A stretch of 64,000 bases of DNA from Eledone cirrhosa (GCA_964016885.1 OZ024751.1:28582001-28646000), one strand, 5' to 3'; counted from the stretch's first letter, positions 49,657 through 63,093 are shown. Numbers and translations: made by a program. The notes: generated by a model not told the origin, from the sequence alone.

Positions 49657-49715
49657 TGGGTAATTGCTGGCCTTGTGCCAAAAGTAGAAACAATTATTAT
49701 TATTATTATTATTAT
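49657..49715 (+). mobile_element. 3' fragment of the (ATT)n-tailed SINE inside the tail of a Tx1 copy
   Basis: TGGGTAATTGCTGGCCTTGTGCCAAAAGTAGAAACAATTATTATT. Confidence 0.8.
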
Positions 49716-49817
49716 TTTTTTTTTTTTTTTTTTAAATTAATTCACTAATAATATTTCCTTTCTATGTCTATGTAAATAATTTTCCACCGATGTACTTATT
49801 TTTGTCACAATTCATAT

Positions 49818-49871
<54 letters not shown>

Positions 49872-50424
49872 ATGAAATAGACATCTGTTTGTGTTGTTGA
49901 AGATTTTTCCATTGTTCGATCAATGGGACAGCCTGCTCCTGGTATTACTGTGTAAGTGACTGAGCATTCTACAAATATGAATAATATGCTTTGACATAAT
50001 TCTCAGGAGGATTGAGAGTGACATCTGTCTATGACATGATAGGCCCATTGAATAACATGTACAGTCCATTGATAAGGCATGGGTCAAACTGAAACTACAA
50101 TAAATGACACCTACACACCATGACACAGAATGGGATTATACCCAGGACGTAATAAATGTGAAGCAAGCCTCTTAATCATTAAATCATTGGTCCATTTTCA
50201 TATATATATATGACCCCAAATATTTTCGGATTTATATATATATATAAACCAGAAAATATTTGGAGTCGTTAAATTTGCTAAAGTAAGATTCTTTTGTTAT
50301 CTTAACAATTTTACGTTCTTCCTAACGTATTGATTTGGTTTTCAAAATTTAAATTTTTGTTTTCTATTCAACAATGCTTCAAGCCAGTTACAAAACTCTG
50401 TTTTATATATATATATATATATAT

Positions 50425-50577
50425 GTGGTTGATGGTTGAGAGAAAGGAGTACTCAATTCAATACTGAAGTAGAGTTTTAATATTCATTTTATTAAGGCTG
50501 ATTCTTGTTAATCTGGAGTTTTGCCTGTTTATCACAAGGCCACCAGACTCACTATTTAGCCTTAATAAAATGAATAT
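50425..50577 (-). mobile_element. Fold-back element (arms 50480-50577) with GAGTACTC hairpin tail
   Basis: Perfect 20-bp arms ATATTCATTTTATTAAGGCT / AGCCTTAATAAAATGAATAT. Motif at 50447-50475. (TA)n on both sides. Confidence 0.55.
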
Positions 50578-50614
50578 ATATATATATATAATATATTATA
50601 ACTTATCTATCTAC

Positions 50615-50667
<53 letters not shown>

Positions 50668-50999
50668 TCTTAATTTTGAAATTAAACAATATCTTAATCA
50701 TAAATTCCATATTTAATTGAATTGAAGGGTAGAAAAGTGAGTAAGATTTTATTCATAGATAAATATTTTTATTTCTGGGAGACAGAAAAATTTAACACAA
50801 TCTGCCTGGGTTTTGTACACAGAAGATTTTAACTGATGTAAGCTTAAAAGTAATTTTTTCTGATCGATTATAAATAGTTTTATGTACTGTGAAGTGTTCA
50901 ATTCACATTGTATTACAAACTTGAACAATTTTACTGCTGCTAGTTTTAACCCTTCTGATAACAACCTGGCCCAATATTGGATTCGACAGGTCTTTTTCA

Positions 51000-51230
51000 G
51001 CATAGTTACCTACCACCTATTATGTTCTTTTGTTATCTCCACTGCCAGGTTCAGTGTTTTGAGATCTGCTCTCACTACTTCTGCCCAGCTCTTCCTTGGT
51101 CTTCCTCTACTGCAGCTTTGTTCCACTGGGAACTCCTGACACTCCTTCTCCCAACAATCATCATTATACAAAATCACTAATGCAGTCCATACTAGTGCAG
51201 TCTTTTGCACACTACATTTGAGTCTCCTCA
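51000..51230 (-). mobile_element. Decayed RTE-like C-terminal fragment
   Basis: Peptide RGRPRKSWAEVVRADLKTLNL..EITKEHNRW. Confidence 0.6.
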
Positions 51231-51324
51231 ATATAATCATATTTAAATTTAATTGCCCATCAAAATTATATTTAAGAATATTTTGTTTGTGTTCCAGACA
51301 CAAGCTTAATAATAGTTTTTAATT

Positions 51325-51500
51325 CAGACACACTACCACAATACCAGCAATCTGGGCTGAGTCAATTAGACTGACCCCTTCAGGAAGAAAAGCAAAGTTG
51401 ACTGTGGCAGGATTTGAACTCAGAACATATAGGGCCGGAACAAACACCACAAGGCATTTTGTCTGATGTTCTAACAATTCTGCTAATCCAACGCCCTCAC
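51325..51500 (-). mobile_element. Diverged copy of the (ATT)n-tailed SINE family
   Basis: GCAAAGTTGACTGTGGCAGGATTTGAACTCAGAAC..TCTAACAATTCTGCTAATCCAACGCC. Confidence 0.6.
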
Positions 51501-52124
51501 CAGTTTCATAATAACGGCAAAGATATTTTATGAAAATCTCTCTACATTCTTCATTATTTTGAAAATTAATTAAAAAATACAGCAGTATATATTTCCATGG
51601 AAACAGGGTAACAAAAGGGTTAATACAATAACACAGACATATTATAATGTAAAAATATATAACAGTTATATATAGAGTTTTTTTTAAAATCATTAATAAA
51701 AACTAATAAGCAAATTAGTATGTAAAGTGTGCAATTATTTTCATAAGGTTTTAGTCAAAAAGTATTTTACTGGAATTAGTTAAAGCATGGGTTGTCTTGG
51801 TAATTATTAATTATATCTGGCATTCACTGAGATATTGAGTTATTTAGGCAAAAATAACAGCTCTTTAGCAATAAGCACTCATTTGCATACATTATCGAGC
51901 AACTAGCAATGGTTAATCAGTTAATCAGTTCTGTAATCTTTTACACAGCAATCTGAAAAACTGTTGTTTTGCAACAATTTTGGGTTTCAAACAAGAGATG
52001 AAAGATGGTTAAATTAATATTTGATTTTTAAATTTTTTTGGGGGTGGGGTGGGGGGGGACAAACTTTAGGAATGAGAAGAGCGGCGCATGTAAAGTATGT
52101 GTGTGTGTGTGTATATATATATAT

Positions 52125-52158
<34 letters not shown>

Positions 52159-52241
52159 GAATTTATATATATACACACATATATATATATATATATATAT
52201 ACATAAATATACATAAATAAATGTGTATATATATATATACA

Positions 52242-52342
52242 CAGGGCCTCCCAAAAAATGTATACACACTTCAACAGCACTTTAATAAATATTGCCTGAA
52301 AAGGTAATCAATGTGTGTACACATTTTTTGGGGGACACCCTG
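52242..52342. mobile_element. Tc1/mariner-type MITE
   Basis: CAGGGCCTCCCAAAAAATGTATACAC...GTGTACACATTTTTTGGGGGACACCCTG-TA. Inverted homologue of 6875-6984. Confidence 0.7.
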
Positions 52343-52801
52343 TATACATATTTATATGTATATATATATTTATAAGTGGACAAAGGACAAATGCTATCAA
52401 TAAGGTCTCAGGTTGTGATGAAAGGATTTTGCTAATTAATTAATTAATCAATTCGCTGATTAACCAACTGATTGAAGGATTAATAAATAAATCTCAAGAC
52501 CATTATAGAAGAGGGGAGACATTCGAATTCGGAATAATTCTAAGACAGATTTTCAGAACAATTCCAAATTTGAGGGTGTATCATTAAAAAGTAAGAAGAG
52601 GAGAAACAGTGCCTTCCAGCACCCATCCATGCCCTTCCCCTACACACCTTAGAAATGGGTCCAAGCAAGGGATGAGGATTTTTGCCCACTGTATTTTTAG
52701 TGGGAACTATTTCAAGACAAATAAATTAGAGATTATTTTTTCATTTCAAGACAAAATATAATAAAACACACAAGTTGAGAAGAATGGTTAAAGGAATGCA
52801 T

Positions 52802-52863
<62 letters not shown>

Positions 52864-53823
52864 ATATGGGGTTGAGGTTTGAAGGGGTGGTAGTGGGGGG
52901 GTTGAGTGAGGTGAGGAGGGGGGGGGGGGAGAACTGAGAGGTCAGTTTTGTTACCATGCAGATGGTTAGCATTAATAGAGTTATTCAGGAAGCATAACAT
53001 AAGTTATACCTGAACCTGGTGTACAGTCTGGATAACAACATTATTACCATTATCATTATTATTATTATTAATAACAACAACAAGAACAGTAACAATGATT
53101 GTAGACGCCAGACGGCTCCACTCACCAACACATGGCCCAACCAACAAATTCGTACTGAAAAGATTGAAGTACAAGATATATATATATATGGGTATATAGG
53201 TGATTCAACACAAGTTGAAACAAAATTATACATGAATTAAATTAAGTTTTTAAAAAAAAGAATATAAAATATGTAAAAATAGATATTTTTTTTTTTTAAT
53301 TGAAAACAAATAAAAAAAAAATTTAAAAAAAACAAATATAAATAAAAATAAAAACAAATTATAAACAAATCTGTAAAAACCCACAAACATATACACACAC
53401 AAATACAATAGCACAAACACATACATGAGAGTGTTTGTGAGTGTGTGAGTGTATGTATGTGTAAGTGTGTGTATGTGTATATTTCTGTGAGTGAGTGTGT
53501 GTGTGAGTGTATGTCTGTGTGTCTGAATGTGAGTGTGTGTTTATGTATGTGTGAGTGTTTATCTGTGTGTAAATGTGAGTGTGTGTGTTTGTGTACATGT
53601 GTGTGTGTGTGTGTGTGTCAGTGTGGATTTGTGGTAAAAGAAATTAAGTGAAAACTGAAAAAAAAAAAAAATATATATATATATAAACAAAACAAAACTT
53701 AAAAGAAAAAGAAACAATTAAAAAACTGAAGACAAAATGAATTACAATGTGGTAGATTAGTGTGTTGTGTTAACACAGATGGAAGGATGTGATGACTAAC
53801 ACATAGTATATATATATACATGT

Positions 53824-53876
<53 letters not shown>

Positions 53877-53990
53877 CACACACACATATACATATATGCA
53901 TACACACACACACATACATATATATATACTAATATGTTGCGTAGGTTGGTTAACATAGAAGGAATGATATGAAGAATAATACACACATGG

Positions 53991-54044
<54 letters not shown>

Positions 54045-54136
54045 ATGCACATATATATATAAAATATGTGTAAATGTGAGAATTAACAAAGGATAAGTGA
54101 AAATTATATGAGAGAGAGAGAGACAGAGAGATTAAA

Positions 54137-54295
54137 ACAATAATAATTGTTTCTACTTTTGGCACAAGGCCAGCAATTACCCAGTGCATTACTGGTACTT
54201 TATTTTATCGACCCTGTAAGGATGAAAGGCAAAGTTAACCTCGGCGGGATTTGAACTCAGAATGGCAAGGGCCGTAACTCTATGCGTCAAAGCAA
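54137..54295 (-). mobile_element. (ATT)n-tailed SINE, 5'-truncated
   Basis: Nearly identical to 22712-22865. Confidence 0.8.
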
Positions 54296-54316
54296 TGACA
54301 GACAGCTCCCCCTATA

Positions 54317-54556
<240 letters not shown>

Positions 54557-54856
54557 GCTAGAGAGGAGAGAGAGTGAGTGTGTTCTATTATTTGGTTTGC
54601 TCAATACTGTAAAAAACAAACAAATATGCGTAAGGTAACAACTTCAGTTTTGGTTAGGGTAACTCACACACATACATACATAGACACACACATATACACA
54701 CATACGGACACAAATATAGACATATACACACAGACATACATACACATATACACACATATAGACAGAGAGTTCTATAAGATAATGAGATATATATGTAAAT
54801 GAGCAAATATATACACATACACAAACACTCACACAAATAAAAACATGTAGAAAGAA

Positions 54857-54912
<56 letters not shown>

Positions 54913-54966
54913 CGTTTCTGAATTTGTTTAGCAAGATTCTTTATCTGAAATCGTGTGTTGAAACCG

Positions 54967-55041
54967 ATATTGTTATACTTTGGGAGGGTCATGCTGCCAA
55001 TAAGATATTGGCAGCATGACCCTCCCAAAGTATAACAATAT
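54967..55041. repeat. Perfect 36-bp-arm palindrome with 3-nt loop
   Basis: ATATTGTTATACTTTGGGAGGGTCATGCTGCCAATA-aga-TATTGGCAGCATGACCCTCCCAAAGTATAACAATAT. Confidence 0.95.
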
Positions 55042-56659
55042 ATATATATATATATATATATATGAGAAAACACACACAAAAGAAAAGTCTTAGGTTACAT
55101 AGAGTGGTCTTCCATACATATATATGTATCATATGCTTGCATATGTATGTGTATGCGAGCATGTGTGTGTGTGTGTGCATGTGTGCATATGCAAGCATGT
55201 GGGTGTATGAGAGCATGTGTGTGTGTACATGAGAGCATATGTGTATGTATATGCAAGCATGTGGGTGTCTGAGAGCATATGTGTATATGAGAACATATGT
55301 GTGTCAATGCATGTGAAGTATGAGAGCGTATATCTACAAGTGCATATGTATGTATATGAAAGCCTGTGTATGTGTATGCATATGTATGTAAGTACCACCG
55401 AGAACAAAATGTTCACCCAAGAAGATCTTAGAAAAACCATTTTTGAAAGAAAATAGCAGCGCTAACATTTGCTCCTACATAGAAAAGAAAACTAAGTTCT
55501 GCTTTAATTTGCTTTAATGGTTAAGAATTAATTTTAAACTAATAAGAAAATGCCTCCTAAACAGATTTATGATGTGATCAATGACAGAAATAGACAATTA
55601 AGGACAATGAAATAGAACAATAAAAGAGGTTTTCCACAGAATCTTGCCAGAAATTAAGCAGTTTCACCAGCAGATTTATCAGGTTTAACAAAGTTAACAA
55701 AATTTCAAGGAAACAAGTTTTTCGCTGAAGAAATTAAAAAAAAAAAAAATCTAATATTTTATTTTATTTATTTATTTATTTGTTCTGTTCAATTTCAGTT
55801 GTTTGTGTGTTTGTTTTTTTTTCTTGTTTTTTTTTGTTTTGTTATTGTTTTTTTTTTTCATTCCCACTTTCCCCACCAATGTGGAGCAGAGCTCTTCAAG
55901 AAAATAGGTTACATTAATAAAGTTTAATAGTTTCGAAATGAAAAAATAATAATAGTAATAATAATATTAATAATGATTTCTAGTATGATAATGATGATAA
56001 TAACAAAAAAATCAACAACAAAACACACACACATGTATATGCATGCTCACGCAGACACAGACACACACACACCAAAAGAAATGAAAGTGAAAAAAAACCT
56101 CCTCTTGAATGTAATTTTAAATTTCATCTCCTTATGTCAGCATCTAGTTTTATTTCCAACCACATTGCAACAACATGTATAGTAATTATAGTAATTAATA
56201 TAACCAAATTGCATTGCAACGAGAAAACGAGTAATTATTACCAAAAGCATTAATGGAACCAAAAAATAAATAAATAAATATAAGATATAAAAATAGATAT
56301 AGAAATTAAAAAAAAATAATAAATAAATAAAGACAACAGAGAATGATATTAACGCTAGCGATAATTCCTCACAAATATTTAGAATTTCTTCTCTTTCTTT
56401 AAATTGTGGATTTATGTCATTTAATGTGTGAATTTATGCCATGTAAAACTCTGTGAGGTCGCAAGCCCATAGCATCTCTGCTGAACTGTACTCTACTGAA
56501 AGAAGATGTGTTGTTCATAGTCAAGTGGATCTATAAATAGACAGTGTTGATTTACCTATAGACATGTGAGGAGTTATGAGAATTCTTTGAGTGTAGTAGA
56601 ACTATAGCAATCAGTTCAAATAGATATTATTTTTATAAGTTCAAAATTGGGATAAGTAA

Positions 56660-56960
56660 GTGGGATGAAAAAAAAAATACACTTTCATATCTAGAATAAG
56701 GAGCAGATATTGCAATAGTCTGGGGTTCAAAGGCCCTCAACTCTTTAACAAGCTGCTAAGAAATTTGAGAGATCTGCATGGTGTGGACTTGGATGTTTTC
56801 AAGAAACATTTTGACACTCTGCTATCCAGGATCCCAGATGAGCCCACATCACAGTACAAAGGTACCCTAAGGGCAGCAGCAACAAACTCCCTCTTACACC
56901 AATGGCCAGCCACCACAGGCTGGAGATAAAACGTGTAGCGACAAGTTCGGTGCCCTTGTT
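56660..56960 (+). mobile_element. CR1-group LINE 3' fragment
   Basis: Translation SLGFKGPQLFNKLLRNLRDLHGVDLDVFKKHFDTLLSRIPDEP..RAAATNSLLHQ parallels the C-terminus at 61400-61570. Confidence 0.65.
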
Positions 56961-57122
56961 GGTACACAAATTGTTCCTTGTTGATACAGTCATTAGATAT
57001 TGTTAAGCCTGAAGTTATAGTAGAATACACTTGCCCACTGAACACAAAGATATATGGTTCTGAAGTAAGTTCCTCAAATATACAGCCAGCACCTATATAC
57101 ATACACACATAAATACATGCAT

Positions 57123-57174
<52 letters not shown>

Positions 57175-57179
<5 letters not shown>

Positions 57180-57370
57180 AACCAGTAAGACCCCGACAGC
57201 TGAGCTCAAGCTGTTTCGACGGCTAATTCTGGACTGAATTAGCCGTCGAAACTGCTTGAGCTCAGCTGTCGGGGGTCTTACTGGTTCCTATTACCCACTC
57301 TACTACCTCAAGTATTGAGTACTTTGGTGCGTTATGGTCCACCTGGTTCCTTACCACATTTCCTTCGTTA
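57175..57370 (+). mobile_element. Family C Penelope-like terminus: palindrome 57175-57291 plus tail
   Basis: 55/56-nt arms around the loop TGGACT (57230-57235). Each arm holds a hammerhead 3' half (GCCGTC GAAA CAGC ttgagctca GCTG TC^GGGGTC). Hairpin motif at 57297-57322. (TA)n on both sides. Confidence 0.7.
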
Positions 57371-57392
57371 TATATATATATACATATATACA

Positions 57393-57499
57393 TGAGCAAA
57401 GAGATATTTAATTTGTTGGTTATTCAACAAATTTATTTATAACAGATTCGAAGCACTCTACAAGTTTTCTGGAGTATAATATCATTAATATCATTGATG

Positions 57500-57548
<49 letters not shown>

Positions 57549-57585
57549 GTATATATATATATGTATATATATATATATACACACA

Positions 57586-57676
<91 letters not shown>

Positions 57677-57883
57677 ATATATATACATATATATACACAC
57701 ACATATATATATATAATGATATTAAATAAATGGAAACTATATTTATAAAACCATATTTATTCTATTATATATATTACAAGGGTACCACACTTTGGTATGC
57801 TTTCATCAGATAAAATACAAAGTGTGTTTTATAAATATTGACATAGCCAAGGAAACCATACCTTATCAGTTGAATATTCCTTG

Positions 57884-57886
<3 letters not shown>
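57393..57886 (-). mobile_element. Family A terminus interrupted by (TA)n, with inactivated hammerhead (57758-57817)
   Basis: Homologous to 486-750. Core reads CUGAUGA..GUAA instead of GAAA. Stem II is UACCA/UGGUA. Confidence 0.7.
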
Positions 57887-57951
<65 letters not shown>

Positions 57952-58009
57952 TATGTATATATACATATATATATATATACATATACATACATATTATTCT
58001 TGACTCATT

Positions 58010-58049
<40 letters not shown>

Positions 58050-58354
58050 AGAGAGAGAGAAATATATGTATAGCAAAAGCAACAACAAGAACATCAACAC
58101 TTTATTGAAACATTTGAAAAACAACAACCCCACGCCCACCCGCCAAAAAAGGAAAAATAGATAAAAACAAACAAAACAGATCTGCGAGTAAAATCATTTA
58201 AAACAGCAGAAACCAAAGACAGCTTTCTAAATAGGGAGCTGCAAGATTTTATTTCCTTCTTTGTTATACAATGCAGGTTGTTAATGTTGTGGTTGTTGTT
58301 GTTGTTCTTAGACATGGAGCAATTTATAAGCTTTATTACATATATAACTGCATA

Positions 58355-58399
<45 letters not shown>

Positions 58400-58408
58400 C
58401 ACACATAC

Positions 58409-58447
<39 letters not shown>

Positions 58448-58678
58448 CATATAAACATATATAAATAAATATATATATAAATATGTATATATATATATGT
58501 ATGTATATATATATATGTGTATATATGTAGCTGTGTATATATGCTTCGGTGTTTTTTAATATATTTTTATGGGAATCAGAAGGCAGAGCAGGTCAAAGGA
58601 GTGAGGGAGATATTAATAATTCTAGATATTAAAAAAAGGAAAACCTTGGATTCAGGCATTACCATTATAATTAATAAA

Positions 58679-58711
<33 letters not shown>

Positions 58712-59209
58712 GATAATGATAATAATACAAAATAGGCAGAGCTACTTTGGTAAGTGGAATCAATTCAGAGTGAGTGACACATATGAATGACCAATAAATC
58801 AATACCCAGTTCTAGCCATCAATAACTAATAACTCAATAATCAATACTAACTATAAATAGCCTATAAACCGATAATACACAAACCTATCAATAACCAATA
58901 AAACCAATACGTAAAACTCCCATGCAACCATGGCTGCTGATAAACTAAACATAGTTTAACATATCAATAATCTAACACTTTAAAAATATTTGTAACCAAT
59001 ACAGTCAGTAGATGGCAACTACAATATTATTACACCTAGCTACATCCATACATGTGAGTTAAGATATTATTACTTCTAACTACATCCACCATACATGTCA
59101 CTTCAAATATTAAGCAATCATAAGAGTGGCAGACACTTGTTCAAATGTTACTAACCTTTAGATTATGGAATATTGGCTGTATCAGCCAATAAATGGCTGT
59201 ATCAATCCG

Positions 59210-59483
59210 AAGGTTTCAACTATGTATATCATAGGAATGGATTCTGGTGTCGATAACTAACGTAAAATAGCTAGGTATAGAGTCTTCATCAGCCTACAAC
59301 AGCTAGCCAAACATTTCACATTGGCAATACGCTAAAGTATTATGATAAAGGTTTCAACTATATATCAAAGGAATGGATTCTGGTGTCGATAACTAACGTA
59401 AAATAGCTAGGTATAGAGCCTTCATCAGCCTACAACAGCTAGCCAAACATTTCACATTGGCAATACACTAAAGTATTACGATA
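59210..59483. repeat. Tandem duplication, units of about 138 and 136 bp
   Basis: AAGGTTTCAACTAT...AAAGTATTAYGATA at 59210-59347 and 59348-59483. Confidence 0.9.
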
Positions 59484-59754
59484 CACCTTGGAAGAAAAGC
59501 TAGCCATAAAAACCCTGTTGCAATGTGTTTTGTCCAATCCATGCCAAACAAACATCAACGAGGATGATAAAAGAAATTTACAGCTTACACCTATGTAGAA
59601 GTATATCTCACATCTTACATGGCTACATCATATGAGTGGTTTAAGGATAAAGGGGCCCCAGACCTATCCTGAAAAGCAACATCTTGCTGAAGAATATAAA
59701 ATGCCATCCAGTCCAGAAATCAAACCTATATCATTATGATAATGGTGATGATAA

Positions 59755-59795
<41 letters not shown>

Positions 59796-59823
59796 GATAT
59801 ATATATATGTATATATGTATGTG

Positions 59824-59859
<36 letters not shown>

Positions 59860-60111
59860 CACACGTACATACACACACACACATATATATATGGCTCTGA
59901 AATTGTTTACAAGGTAAAGAAGAGAAAAAGAACAAGTAATTAAATGTTAAAATGGTATCCAAATTCCATTGAGAATCTCTGTTCCTTTTGCTGACAAGTC
60001 TTGTAATCGGATTTTCCACCAAATAGACCAAGGCATTTATAAAAATGGAAAGAAACAGAAAAAGAATCCCCACCAAAAATGCTTATAAAATCATCCATAT
60101 GTATGTAAATA

Positions 60112-60150
<39 letters not shown>

Positions 60151-60153
<3 letters not shown>

Positions 60154-60680
60154 TCATCATCATCATCATCATCATCGTTTAACATCCATCTTCCACGCTT
60201 GCATGGGTTTGGACGGGAGTTTTCCCACTTGAGGCAAGAGTGGTTGTCTTGCTCACATAGGACTGTCTGGCGGGTTTTCTACGGCTGGATGCCCTTCCTA
60301 ACACCAACCACGTTTACAGTGTGGACTTGGAGGTTTTTACCGTGTTACCTACATGGCCACATTACAGTGTGGACTATGTGTTTTTTTGTCGTGACACCTA
60401 CACGACCTCATTTGTTTCGGACTGGATGATGTGGTACCAACATAACTTTACATTGAAAGGGGTGGTGTGGATGGGGTGGGGGTAGTGGGACGGGGGTGTA
60501 TTTTTGTTAGAGGTGCCTACTGACTGTAGTAGGTTTCACTTTGTACTTAGGTAAGGCCGGTGTTCTGTATTACTGTGTAGCGCTAAAGATCTCGGTCCAG
60601 TGACATTGTCTTGGAGAGGTGTAAGTATGTGAGGTCGTAATTTATCAAGTCGTCCCAGGTTTTTCTGGGTCCGCCTACTT
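60151..60680 (-). mobile_element. RTE-like 3'UTR fragment
   Basis: (CAT)n CGTTTAACATCCATCTTCC..GCATGGGTTTGGACGG..GGATGCCCTTCCTAACACCAACC. (TA)n on both sides. Confidence 0.75.
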
Positions 60681-60707
60681 AAATATATATATATATATTT
60701 AAATATA

Positions 60708-60746
<39 letters not shown>

Positions 60747-60759
60747 GAAAATGAAATGA

Positions 60760-60793
<34 letters not shown>

Positions 60794-60796
<3 letters not shown>

Positions 60797-61677
60797 GAGA
60801 TGAATAATATGCTGTTGAATGAGGATAAATTTGATCTAATCCACTTTGGAAAAAAGGATGCCCTGAAACTACCATACTCTCTTCCTTCGGGTGAAACTCT
60901 AGTGGCTTCCAATAACATCGGAGACCTGGGAGTAGTTGTGGACAACAATATAAGCTGGGCCACTCATATAAACAGCAAAGTTGATATGGCCTACAGAATG
61001 TGTTCCTGGATTCTCAGAACTTTCCAGTCAAGAGATATCCACACTGTTGTCCTTCTCTTCTCCACTTTTGCCCGACCCCACCTTGAATACTGTTGTCCAC
61101 TGTGGTCACCCCACACAAAACAAAGTATCATGAAAGTTGAAGCACCCCAAAGGTCAATTACAAAAAAGATAGTTGGCATGACAGGCCTTGACTATTGGGG
61201 TCGATTAGAAAAGCTCAAACTTTATTCTCTCCAACGTCGCTGTGAGCGCTACATTATCTGTATGATGTGAAAAATATTCCATCAGCTTAGCCCAAATGAT
61301 GTTGGCATCACCTTTAGTGTACACCCAAGGCTTGGACCCCGTTCTATCTGCCGACAACAAAAATCCCACTTGCATCACATAACAACAATACGGCACAATT
61401 ATTTCACCTCAATTGGCCTTGCATTCTTTAACATTACACCAAAACACATCAAAGCAGAGACAGACTCCATCAAGTTCAAGAAGTCTTTGGATAAATTCCT
61501 TCAAGAAATCCCGGATATGCCTCCTACACCCTGATATGCCTCCGTAAACAAAAACTCTCTGCTCGAGTGGGCCATGGTGCCCAAATACTGATTTGTAAGA
61601 CTTCGCCAGGTGGTGCTATTAAGTTAGACATGGCCTGGGCCAATACTGGCCGAAACCTATCAAAGTTATCAAAGTTA
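60794..61677 (+). mobile_element. 5'-truncated CR1-group LINE
   Basis: NNMLLNEDKFDLIHFG, DLGVVVDNNISW, ARPHLEYCCPLWSPH and LKLYSLQRR.ERY, with in-frame stops downstream. 3' end (TATCAAAGT)2 followed by (TA)n. Confidence 0.88.
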
Positions 61678-61740
61678 TATATATATATATATATAAATAT
61701 ATTTAAATATATATATATATACTATTTATATATACTATAT

Positions 61741-61831
<91 letters not shown>

Positions 61832-61986
61832 AAATATTAAAAAAATAATGAATAAAACAATGAAACAGTTCCTTATATTAAACAAAAAAAGTTCATTATT
61901 TAACGATCGTTTCTAGGATATATATGTGTGTTAGAATTGGCATGCATATTCAACAGACACTACCGTAAACTCTTGGTAGATTTATC

Positions 61987-62023
<37 letters not shown>

Positions 62024-62397
62024 AAATATATATATATATATATAGACATTTCTTCCCTCTCACTTTTTCCCTATATATATATATATATATATATTGACCA
62101 AGAACTTTGACACTTTAACCACTAAGCTACTCTCATGCTAGTGTGCCTCACCAATGCAAACATAAAAAGCACACACAAACCACACACACACACACACACG
62201 CTACATACTGATGTCCTGTAAACTATGTGATGCGAAACTAAAAACATCCTATTTAATTAATGACTCAGAATCTAGGCTTGTGACTTTGACTCATTGTTCA
62301 ATACTTGGGGATCTCTAAGGGGTTATAAGTTTGTTTAGGTTTTTTATCTGAGCATGATATGGAGAAATATATATGTGTGTCTGTATATATTTATATA

Positions 62398-62446
<49 letters not shown>

Positions 62447-63093
62447 TATATATGAATGTATATATATATATATATGTATATATATTATTAACATTATTTA
62501 ACCCCTACAAAGACTATACACACACACATATAAATATATATAGAGAGAGAGGGAGGGGGGAAAGAAAGAGAAAAAAAAATATACATAAACACACGCAGAA
62601 AAAAAGAGAGAGAGAGATGAGGGAGGAGAGGAAGGAGAGAGAGAGAGAGAGAAAAGGGGGTCAGTAGGTGAGAAAGTCCAAATATCTGTAACCAATAGAT
62701 CGATCATGTTACTATAGATCCACTGATCAGGAACTAAGAGATTAATACACAGTTCCAAGCATCACTAACCAAACAGATCAATAATACTAAATGCCAAGAG
62801 CCAAAGAATTATAACTGCCCAATGTTTCAATAACGACAGTAAAAAAATCATACAAAAAAAAAAGATAAATGATAATAATAATAATAATAATAATAGTAGT
62901 AGTAGTAGTAGTAGTAGTGGTAGTAGAAGACAAACAGACAAAAAAAAATGTTATTCAATGGAGAACTTTTCTCCATCATTAGCTTCACTAAGTAAGTGTG
63001 GGATAGAAAATTAAATACAGAAAAACTATCGGAGAGTTGGGGGAGGTGAAGAGTAAATACACACACACACGTGTATATGTGTGTGTGCGTATT

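Noticed and set aside
62205-62245. CTGATGT..GAAAC motif
   Set aside because: Core mismatch, with no convincing stems or cleavage triplet.
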